NCBI GenBank assembly: GCA_904063045.1
Contig: CAJFCJ010000029.1
Location: 496,001 to 560,000 of the forward strand
Length of the DNA stretch: 64,000 bases
From: Dimorphilus gyrociliatus
Lineage: Eukaryota; Animalia; Annelida
Reading direction: 5' to 3'
Both the position numbers and the translations under genes were made by a program. The notes beneath the pieces are model-generated. The model was given only the letters and a program-made list of their open reading frames with translations. It searched no databases and was not told the DNA's origin. Below, piece after piece: positions 14,101-26,100 of this stretch (position 1 is the first letter of the stretch; every line of letters starts with the position of its first letter).

Positions 14101-17100
14101 CAATCCTCTCGTACACTTTTTAATTCTAACGCGCAACGGTAAACACAAATGAAAAATACCAAAAACTATAGTTGCCCCTATGACTTTCTCTTACCTGCTG
14201 GTGGGAAAGTTACTAGCTCATCATCTGGACTTGAATAGTGTCTTGCTCTCATTTCAACATCATCAACGGTAGTTTTCATTTTGGGTTTTGATTTTCTTGA
14301 TGTTTCCTCACCGTCACATGACCTAGATCTCTCAAGAGTTCTTTCTTGTTTCTTGAAAGAACCAAGCTCCATGCCAGCCTTATCTAAACCGGATTCGTAA
14401 GTAACATCAATTGGCTGGTCCATTTTTGATGCTGAAACATGAGTGCTAGACACAAAATCGTCGTCGTCCTCCTCATAAGGTTCATGACCAGCAATCGTTG
14501 ACGACCTCTCCAGTGTTCCTTGTTGCCTTCCGAATGTATAATCAACATTGAAATGATCGTATTGCTCCTCCATCTCTAATTTGGAAGCTTCATGGAGTTC
14601 CTTATCATTTTCATCAGCTCCCTTTTCTCTTTTATCTAACTCAATTTCGATTTCTCTTTCCCTCTGTTCGACATCATCCTGTTCTTTTTCTTCTTGTTTG
14701 ACAGCTTCTTTATCGAACACTTGGAAAGCTGAATATTCGACCGGGTTAAAATTACACGCACGCCACCTACTCAAACTTTCATACCAACAATACAAAGACT
14801 CGAACGACTGAGATATTTTAACGGACCATCATTGACTTTATTAAAAGGTAATTAGTTTAAAAAGTTGTTAGCGTTTGTTTCGGTTAATTTAAGTTAGTAT
14901 AAAGCCAAAAAATATCTCAAAAAACTTGTTAGTAGGTAAAATAAACGAGTTAGTTATACCTTTTAGCGGGATCTCCTTAAAAAAGTGTTTTATGGGATAT
15001 CTATATGCATTTATTTTACCTAATTTTGCTCTTTTCTCGTTTCACACTCTCTATATAAGATAGTTCAATCGTCAGTACCTGTTTTATGTTGATCCAACGA
15101 AAAGACAGATTCCGGGTGTTGGGATGACACGGACGTTTCTAAGCTAGGGATTAAGGTGTGAGAAGTTGGACTAGGTAGATTATCTTCGCCGTCATCCTCC
15201 AAACTGTACATGCTGGGAGAAAGTGGCCGAGCTTCTGCTTCTGAAGACAAAGACCCTATCTCTGACGGTATTTTTGATCCAACTTGAGCTTCTAGTGAGT
15301 CGCTTAAAGCTAATGGTCTATGATGAGACATTGCTTTATCAACGATCATTCGAGCCATTTCCTCCTCAACATCACCATGAATCTGTTCCTCAAGGCCAAT
15401 TAAACCATGAGAAATAGGTTCTGGTGACATTGGATCGGGAATTCCTTGTGGTACAGTTGTATCTGTTCGAATAATAGATTTATTTTTTTCATCCTCCTTA
15501 ATAGCAAGTTGTTCCGCCACTGTGTCACTCTCTGCTGGTAAGTCAGGGAAAGCATCATCGCTAGACCTAGATTCTGATGTCCTTGACATTTCCGCCTTTT
15601 GTTCATTGTCACTTTCCTGTTGGATTGTGTCGCTAATCGCCTTTATTTCCTCTACTTCCTTTTCAGAAAGTTCATAGATATTTCCAATAGACTCATCTCT
15701 TTTTGATGGAATCTCAGGGCTTTGAGCCGTTTCTATAATTGTATCGGGCGTATCAGTCGAATGACTCATTCTATCTCCCGAAGAAGTTGATTGTTCGAGA
15801 GAAGATGATGTCATAGTGGAGCTGCATAGAGAACTATAAACCTTCTCTGATGAAGAGCTTGAAATTAGTTCTTGGCTATACATTTCTCCTTGATCTATGG
15901 GACTTTGAAGAGTTTCTATAGCTTGTTGAGTATCCTCAAGTTTTTCTGGGTAATCATCAGAAATTCCTGCATCACATTCAACTTCCGTTAATGTTTGATC
16001 AGTGGAAGAAATTGGTATTACAATCTTAGAACCACTATCCTGTTCATAGGGCTGTAGAAGTTCTTCATTGGTTTTCAGTAACTCTGGTTCGAGCTTATTT
16101 CCCTCAAAGTAAGTCTGATCTGATACTAATTGTTGTGTAACTGTGGTTTCTGTTCGACCGTCATCGGTCTCTTGTGTTTCGGAATGAACAACAATTGGTT
16201 CAGATTGAATTGTTTGTTGAAGAATCTGTCTTGCTTCTTCTTCGGATTCTGGGACTTCATCGCCTTGCAAAAGGACGCGTCTGACAATTACTTGTTGCTG
16301 TTTTGTTTTAGTTACTTTCCTAACAATAGTTTGACCGCTGGGTAGTACTTCTTCGAATTCTTCAGTTTCAGTAAAAGTTTGAGGTTCTCCCTCTAAAGTA
16401 TCTGTATATAAATGAACTGATCCAGGCTCAGGTGGAGGTGATTGTAATCCACTGGCTCCAGCCATTGGTGATTCAAAGTCCTTTACAGAGGATCCAATAC
16501 TTGATGCTAAACTAGAAACGCTTGATCTAAGAGATGATGTTTCTGACAAAATTTCGTGTTCTGGAACTTCCTCCGTGACGACATCTTCTATTACATCTCC
16601 TTTATCGTCAACTCGTCTAACTTTTCTAGTAACTATCTTTTTGGCTGATGTTTTAAATATTTTCTTTTGAATTTTCGTACCATCAGCAAGAATCTGGGTA
16701 ACCTCACTGACTACACCAGTGCCAGGCTTTGCTATAGGTTGTTCAAACAAATCGGCTTCAGTTAAAACTGTATCTGAGGGCTCTACCTCGCTAAATACTT
16801 CTTCTTTCATTTCAGTATCTTCTTTTTCGACAATAGAAGCTTCAAGAATCGGCTGATCCAATACTTCTACCTCCTCTTTTACTTGACATTCCTCTAGTTG
16901 AGGAGAAGTAGACAGTAAAGGTTCGTCATTTTTACTTTCCATTGCAACTGTATCTGATTCCTTTTCAATTAAATTCGAAACTTCTGTATGTGTCTCTGAA
17001 TAGGATGTTTCTGGCTGTTCACTTAGAATAGGATCAACAGACTGAGTATCTAAAATTTCTGCGCTAGCTTCTGCTCTCATTTCAACTTCGTCAGACTTTA

Positions 17101-20100
17101 CAACTTCAGCACTCTCAAATTCAACAGCTTCTTTTCTAACTTCGGTAGTAAAGCTATCATCTACAACAGTTTTAATAGCTTCTGATTGTGAAGTTTCCAT
17201 CAGTTCTTCCTCCAGAACTGATTCTTCAGTAGTTTCCACACTTTCTTGAACGTTAGAAATTTTTACTTCCTTATTTTCTGTATCAGCTATATCATGCTTA
17301 GAAAAAGTTTCTAGCTCCGGAATGGTTTCCTCATCAACATGTTCAACTAATTTATCATTTGCCTCATCGTTTGATTGTTCGATTTGTTCTTCTACTGATA
17401 CTTCTGGAGCTGCGGTTGCAACTTCAGAATCTCTCACTTCTTGTACTTTTTGTTCTACAGACACAACTTGAGAACTTTCATAAATACTGGATTCTTCTGT
17501 GTACGTATCGACTGATTGTACTTGATCCGAACTCTCAAGTGTTGTGATCTGTTCTTTTGTTTCAATATCTGATAGAATTTCAGATGATCTTTGAACCTCT
17601 GTGGTAACTTCTTGAACAAATTCAGAACTAGAAGTATCTGCTTTGTCCGACACCTCATCTGTCAGTACAGAAGTAGTTGACTGTATATGGTCTAAGCTCT
17701 CTAATTCAGTAACTTGTTCTTTCATTTCAATATTTGACTGCATTTCAGCAGAACTTTGAATCTGTGTAGTAAGCTCCTCGGCGTAGTCAGAAAATGAACT
17801 TTCTAATCTCTCGCTTGCTTTGTCTTCGGTAAAAGATTCAGTAACTTTAACATCTAAAGAGCTATGCTCTGTAGTAAGATTTTCGGCTCTCATTTCAATA
17901 TCAGTTAGCTTGACAGAAGTAGTTTGAAGTTCAGCAAAACTTTCGTTTTCAGTAGTAGATTTTACAACAGAGGCTTCTGAAGGTTCCGAGTGTACCGATT
18001 CAGAAAGTTCCTCTGTTTCTTCACCTTTTATCTCATAATCTATTGACCCTATCATAGAAGTGGCTTTAGTTTCAGTCACATCCTCTTTCTCTATAACGGA
18101 CTCTTTGTGTGAAGTTTCTAAAATATCAGAAATCTCTTCCTTCAAATAACTATCACTATGTACAAAATGTTCATTAGCAAATTCTGTTTTTGAGTCCTCA
18201 CTCTCAGCTACTACAGAAATTTCTTGACGAGTTTCTATAGCAGAAGATTCGGACATGTTTGAAATTTCTTCCTTCAAGTAGACGTCAGTGGATGCATAAC
18301 CTATAGAAGAGTCCCTAAAGTCTGAAATTTCTTCTGTTTTGTCAATATTTGATCCTATAGAAGTTTGAATATCGCTAATAACTTCTTGTTTTGATTCTAA
18401 TGAAGTCGATTCTAAGACTGATTCTTGTACAGAGCTCGATATATTTTCAACTTGAACATTGCTCTCTTCAGTCTCCTCAAAAGAGTCTGTCTTATCATCA
18501 ATACTCTTGTCTTCAACGGTGGTATGACTTTGTTCAATACTAGCTAACTCGGGTGATGATAAAATATTGCTTTCCATAGTGGTTCTAAGTAAATCGGATT
18601 GATTTATGGATTCCTCGTTTGATTCAATTTGGTAAGTTTGGCCAACAGTTTCTAATTCTGGTGTAGACAAATCTTTTTCAGTTACTACCTCCCTATTTTC
18701 AATTTCGGAAGGAATAGATTCAATTTCTTGTACAAATTCAGAATCGGGTGATGCTTCTCTTACTATTAAATTTTCGTCTAATAATGGTTCTGGCTCTACA
18801 TCTTCAGCGTCCTTTAGTATATCAATGTTTATATTGTCAGTAACTTTAGTTTCTGCAACTTCTTTCGAAGGAAATTCGGAATCAGGAGATATTGGCCTAG
18901 TTGCATAGTCTGGTTGCTCATGAACGCATTCAATTTCCTCTGTTTTTACATTTGACATTTCGCAATCTAGTGATAACCTACGTTCAGCAATATTTTCAAC
19001 AGTAATTTCCTGTACGGGTGAAGACTTTTCTAATGCTTCTTCAGTGTCTATTGAATGCTTATCTAATATGTCAGTAGTATGATTATCGTCAGCAATTTCT
19101 TGTACCTCTTCCTTTTCCAGGATATACTCTTTAACAATTCTAACTTCATCGTCAGAAATGTGCGTTGTTGTTGTTGTTTTAAATTCTTCGGCACTGTCAC
19201 TTGTTACTAAGCTATCTAATGAGGGAATAGCGTCATCATCTCTGTCCTCTAAATTTGAGCTAGAAAACTCTTTATGAGATATTTCAGTGCAAATAATTTT
19301 TCCTTCACTTGTTTCCTCTGTATAAGTAAGACAGCTATCGTCCACAACAGGCTCTTGAAGGGGAAATGTAGGTTCTGGTAGCTCTTTTGGAGGCGAAATT
19401 ATTTCTTCAGATATCGCTTCGGCGCAAGTAACCTTTAGGATATCCTCGCCAGTAATGTGCATCTCTTTTTTGATGGCATCATATGATTTTTCATGTTCTA
19501 CTGCTTTATTACTACTAATCATCTCATCTAAACTGATATCGTCGTCAGAATAGTCTGCTCTATCATCCATACTTTGAACATCTGTTACAGTAGTTTTTTC
19601 CACTGTTTCCTCAGTTTTAGCAACCTCTTGAATAGACTGACAATCAGTGACAGTCGGTTTATTTAAAACAACTGTTTTCTCTTCAGCTGTTTCTATTATA
19701 TGTTCGGCTAAAGATTCAACACTCGAGGACTCCTCGACTTCCTTAATTTTTGTCTCAAAATGTTCTACTAAACTAGAGGTTCTTTTTTCAAAGATAGCTC
19801 TTTTATGAATAGCATCTCTCTCAGGTGTTGAAAAGCTTCTAGTATCCGCTGGTAAGCGATCCTCGACAGCTTTTTGTTCAAATTCCCCAACTAATTCCGG
19901 AACAGGTTTAATAGGATCCTCGACAATCATGGAACCTGAGAAAGATTGCCGGTGAAAGACGAAGCGACACATTTTTTTTTTAAAAGTTTTGTTGATGAAG
20001 CGAAGGTCAAAGCCATGCAGATGATGTCCTCATAAAAAATTCTCGCATGCAAAGAGAAGCAACACAGTGGCGGGAGAAAAGAAATGCAACTGCCATTTTT

Positions 20101-23100
20101 GTTTATGTTAATAATTATTTAAATGAGAAAAAAATAACACCTATGAACGTACGATTGTTTATATGATTATTAATGAAATCGCTTTACATACAAATATATA
20201 AAAAAAATTATGAAAAATGATTAAAGCCGCTTGCATGCAGGGTGTAAAAATAAAAAATATATACAGTATATATATATAAATAACGAGTTAACCAACCTTC
20301 ATCCAAGTCTTCTTCCATCTTCTCCCATTTTCTTTCGTGCTCCTCTAAATAATTTTAAGGTCTAGGTTAGTAAACGACTTGAAAAGTAGCAGACATCACA
20401 GAAATGAGAAAATATTCCAGTAATAAAGGTAATTAGTTAGTTAATTATTATTATTATTTTAATTAATAATATATAGGAATTAACTTTAAAAAAATTGACT
20501 TTTCGGTCTGTGATGCCGAAAAAATTTTAATATTAAAAAAGTTGAAAAAAGTAAAAACTAAACAAAAAAGATAATCATCTTTTAAACAAAACCCCATTTT
20601 CTGATATCTAAAATATACCGAGTCTCTATATTATTAATCTTTCTATCAAATTATTCAACTATTTGACGACTCAGCATCTATTTTAGATTTAAAAACAAAA
20701 AAATCAGAAATTCTTTGAAAAGGTAATACATTATTTATCATGCAATATTGTGATAAAGAAATATAGAGATAAAAAAAATATTGAAAGAGAAAAATCATAA
20801 CAAAAACAAAAATAAATCAATAAAGTTGCCGAAACCGCGTACGTACGTGCAAAAAGGACTTTAACGAATGAAAGACATTCGGAAAATCATCTGCAAACAC
20901 CTTTCGAATCGGATTTCGTAAACAACCGTGTACAATATTCACACACAAAAAAATAGAAATAGATCAATGGAATTATAATTCCTTTTTGTCAAAGGACTTA
21001 TTCTCTCATCTAATAAAGATTAAACTATGATTGCGGAAAGACAGAAGTGTGTTATACGAGGATACATATTTCTTAAAAAGAAACCAGCCAAGAGAGACTT
21101 GTGCCTACAACAGTGACAACCTTTGTATTGCTCTGTATATTTTTCTAAACCGTAATATTTCACGAAGTCATCATCGTCGACTGGTGTACTCAAATCTTCA
21201 TGTACAGTTATACTGGGGGGTGCTGTCGCAACGTTATAATTATAGAACATACGTACAAAATTGAAAAACATTGGTTGTTTTCCTAATAAATATAAAGTTA
21301 TGTTTAAGCCCTACTACGTCGATGTTCCTTGAACTATACCTCTTGTTTTTTTAGGGGGAAAACATCTAGAAAAGAAACCTTTTCTTTCTTTGTTTTTTTT
21401 AAAGCATTTAAGTATTTAAAAATTTTTGTTTTTTCTTTGTTTTTATATAGAAATATAGAAAAGAATTGAATATATTAAAAATAGTGTCAAAAATTTTTAA
21501 TACCTTCTAAATCTTTAGAGCCGGTAGCCTTCGATTCATCATGGGTATAAGATTCTGTTTATAAGGATTCAATTTGTAAGTAAGTTGTTAATTGACAATT
21601 AGAAAAAGAAAACACTCTAGGAAAATTTCTTTTCTCTCTTTTTTGAATGTCAAGATATTTTAATTTACAAACCTTTACTGTATTGTTCTTCGATTGGTAT
21701 GTTAGAATCGATTTCTGCATATTTTAAAGAATAGTAATAATTAGTTAAGTATTTTTTTGTAAGTAAATGGATTTGTTAATTTATCACATCAAATTTATGA
21801 AAGAAAATATTATTAATATTATAAAGAAGATGATTTTGTCTGGTTGTTTGTTTTTTTAATGAGAAATATGTGATTTGTTTTAGTTGAAGTAGTACTTTAG
21901 AAATGAAATTGTTTTGTTAGTTTTAGTCTTTGTTATGAAGACTTCAGTCTATCAAAACTACCTTCAGTAGTTGTTGTAATAGTTCTCTGAATAACTGTTC
22001 CATCATCAAGAACCTCTGTTTCGGTTTTAACTTCTGGTTTTAGCTCAGACTCGTATTTTGCTACAGCTTCTGGTAAGTCCCCTTCGGGGCCTTCGAGAAT
22101 GACATGGGTTGTTATAGCTTTCTTTTCCGTTTGCGTTATTTGACGTCGTTTTACTACGGTTCCGTCTGGTAAAATTTCCTCAGTGTCCTTTACTTCAGTC
22201 TCTATTTTTGGTTCACCTTCTACTGTTTCGGAGGAAATTTTGATTCCTTCGTTATCCGATGAAACGGAACTCTTATGACGTAAAAGCGAACCATCTGGTG
22301 CTAAACGTTCAAGAGCGTCATAATCCTCGTCATCACCACCTGAAAGCCAATCATCACCTTTCTCTTGAAAACCACGCTCTTCTGAAGGTGCTAATTTTTC
22401 ATCAAAACTTTCATCTACAGGAACCTTTTGATCCTCTTCCATGATCTTTTGCGAAAGTTCCAATTCTTCTGCTGGTTTCTCAACAACAGGTATTTGGGGA
22501 GAGGGTTTCATTTGTTGATTTAGTAATATATCAGAAGCAATTTTCGCACCTTCCACGAAAACATCCGCAGATGGCTGCTGCGAAAAGCCAATCCTGTCTT
22601 TGCGGATAGTTCGCTTCTCCCAGCAACCGTCATCCCTGATTTTCTCAAATGTTGTCGTAGAAGTTTCGATGCTTACATCAGCCGAAAAGGGCTCCGAAAT
22701 ACCAGGAGCCATTTCTACGACATCCTCGTTTATTTCGAAACCAATAGGTTCCTCCTCCTTTCGATATATTTCCTTTTCTTGGATTATCGTCTTTATGATA
22801 ATCTCTTTGACGTGCACTATAGTTCTAATGTCCCTTTTTATTCTAGTGCCATCCGAAAGCGTCTCATCGAAATGTTCGACTATGGGTTCTTTTAGAACTA
22901 TTTTTGGCTCGCCTACGCTAAACGATTCAGTGATTTGATTACTTGTTTTGAATGTGGTCGAAGGCTGTTTGTTATCCTTTTCTTCTTTCTCCCTAATCTC
23001 TTGTCTATCTAAGACCTCAGGACTTTTTTCTGTTTTTATTATTATGTTCATATATATTGTTAAATACATCTGAAAAGCTAATCAATCACTGCAAAATGCT

Positions 23101-26100
23101 ATTCCTTTTTGATTTTGCAAATTGTAAATAATATCTTAGTCCTATCTTTCTCGAAAGTTTCCCAATTTTCCAAGTGCAACAAAGATAATACAAATAGAAA
23201 ATAATAAAAGTAAATCCTACCTGATCTGTATGAAGTATAAGAAGAAACATTCTCATCTTTAGCAGCCTGCTCGGCGCTTATCTGATCTTCAACAATAGTT
23301 GTTTCTGTTCAATAAAAAATCCGAAAAGTTATATACACATATAAATAGTATAGTAGACAACATTTAAGTGAAATGAAAGGGGTATAAAAGAAAAATATAT
23401 CATTACAAGAACAAATATTATAATAATACTATATATATATATATAATAAATGAAAGACGACATCAATAATTTGTGGGTATTTTTTGATAAAATACAACAA
23501 GAATTAATAGTTTTAGTATTTAAACCTGTTGTATTCACACGGAAAATTTCTCTTTTAACTAGCACCCATTCAGTGCCGTTCCATTCCTCAACCGTTTCAA
23601 ATTCAGGACTATCTGTTCTTTTAACGATGGTAGTTTGCGTAGTTTTAAGATCTGTTAATTGATTAGTAGAAAACAAACGTATGTTGTTTAATTTTTCAAA
23701 TAAGATTTTGTTCACGTAAACAGTTTCCCTAGTTTTTTTTCACAATATTTTATATACAAAGAAATAATGTACTAGAAAAACGAAATAGTATCCGATCCTC
23801 TAATCCCTTGACGATAGATTCACCCTTACAACCAAAAAACCATGAAATATACCTGTTGGACGCTTAGCTGTTAACGATTCATCACTCGATGATGATAACC
23901 GATCATCCATGCTCTCTTCTTTTCTGGATTCTGTTTTGACAACTACATCTACAACCTCTTGTTTGACTTCGGACTCTACTTTCTTCTTTTCCCCAACAAC
24001 CGACGAAACTGGACAACCAAATTAAAAATTCCCGAATTACATATTGTAATTTAATTTTATCTACAACATCGATTCTTTTTGCCAATTTTAGGACACTACC
24101 TGCTGGTGGTTTCGTCATCGTTAGGGAATCATCACTCGAAATCGACAATCGGTCGTCCATGCTTTCGTCTTTTTTAGCCTCCGTTTTAAAGATAACATCA
24201 TCAATCGGTCTCTCATCTTTAGATGGGGTTATAACATCTTCGCGTACAATAGTTTCTGATAACGTAATAGGATACACATTAAACATTAAGAACATGTAGA
24301 CACAATAAGAAACAGATTGACATAAATAATTCTAAATCACTGAAAGAGGGAAATGCGAAATGTTATTTCAAATGAATAGAAGGAAAGACTACCTGTAAGA
24401 TCTCCTGCAGTTAAAGAGTCAACATTAACATCTTGCATGTTATCAGAGAAATAGCCGTAGGCTTCCAATTTCTTTTGATTTGAATATTCATCAAAATCAT
24501 TTTGAGAACTTTTAGGTTTATCATTGTCAATATCCTGCCTAAATTCCTCTTCCGTGACCGAGGACATTCTTCCTCTGCCATCTGATTCTCTTCCAAAATC
24601 GCTATCAATATCCTATAATTGAATGATAAAGAAGATAATAGAGAATTAATATGACACCAATAACTATGAAAAACAATTAATTGATTTACATAGAAAATGT
24701 AATAATACAGTATTATATATATATATATATAAATATATACGTGCACATTAAAAGTGACTATATATGGAAAAAAGTACGCATGCCAGCTCGTTCCTGTATG
24801 AAAAAATCTCTAAGGTTTTAGAAAAAATTTTAAATATTTCTTGTATTTATCTTCTTCTTCTCCTCTTTTCTTTTCTCCAACTACTTTTATAAAGAATAAA
24901 AATGCTCATTTCAATTAGCTACTTAGACGACGTTTCGCATTCAAATATTGCAAAAAATGAACTATCTTATTCATTAAAATTGTTTCTTTTTTAGTAACCT
25001 AAATTAGTTAAGAAATAAAAAATAAAATAATTGAATTATTTTTTTTTTAAAAAAACAAAATTTTAATAAAAAAGTATTTTATAAAGTGTAGATGAGATTC
25101 TTCTCGAGTAGCAAAAAAAAAAGTATTTATAGACTGTTGAATTAATTGAGCGATAGGAACAGAACAACGACAAATTTATGAACTATATAAATATACATTA
25201 ATAAAAATGTGTATATATATACAGTTCTTGTTTGAACTGGAGAATAAGATATCTGTTCTTAAGGGCTCACCTTTGAGAGTTCTTGCTGGTTCTATACATG
25301 CAAAAAATATATGTGAACAAAATATCTTTTTGTTTTTGTTTTTTAAAAAAAAAATAAGTTTGTTCAAGTTTGCTTTGTGTAGGGAATATGTTTATTTTTA
25401 ATTCATGCAAAAATAAATAAAGATGAAATATAACTTTAATAAAAATAATAAATAAAGCAATATGTTAATTTTTATATACATATTATATTAGTGTGAGGTC
25501 AAAAGGTTAAGTTATATTATGCAAATATCCTGCTAATTTATCCTATAGTCTTAGAATAATAAAAATATGATATATAATTTAATAAACTGTTTATATTCGC
25601 TTTTTTCTTCTTCCTAGCTATTTTTATCATTCGAAATAAAACTAAAAAAAACTTACCCTTTGTAAATCTTGATCGTCAACGGCGACATCTAGCGACATAT
25701 TTCTCATCGCATAGCTTGCTTGTAATTTCTTAGCCGTTGCTATAAGTTAGAATTGAAAGGTATATAAATCTCTATTATTTAGCCTATTGAAAAGTTTGAT
25801 CTACCTGAATTTTCAATTTGACTTCTGGCAACTTCTTTTTCACCTTCATCTACAACTTTTTCAATGTTTGTCATACATTCGTGTATTACATCTTCTCTAT
25901 GTATAGCTTTCAAGGCCATTTCTAGATCGTTACCTAGAATTTTATAATTCGATTTTGTATTATAGTTTGTTGGATAAGAATAAAGAAAGAAAAAATCTAC
26001 CGGTTGCGGATGGGCCGTATTGCTGAATCCAAACGTGGAGGAATACGAGTCCTCTTTCACTTGGAAATTCATATTCTTCCTTTATCCTATTGATTTGATC

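Noticed and set aside
15266-15277. SKIP (SxIP, EB1-binding) motif in giant exon A
   Set aside because: A single copy in an acidic context; functional SxIP motifs need basic flanks.
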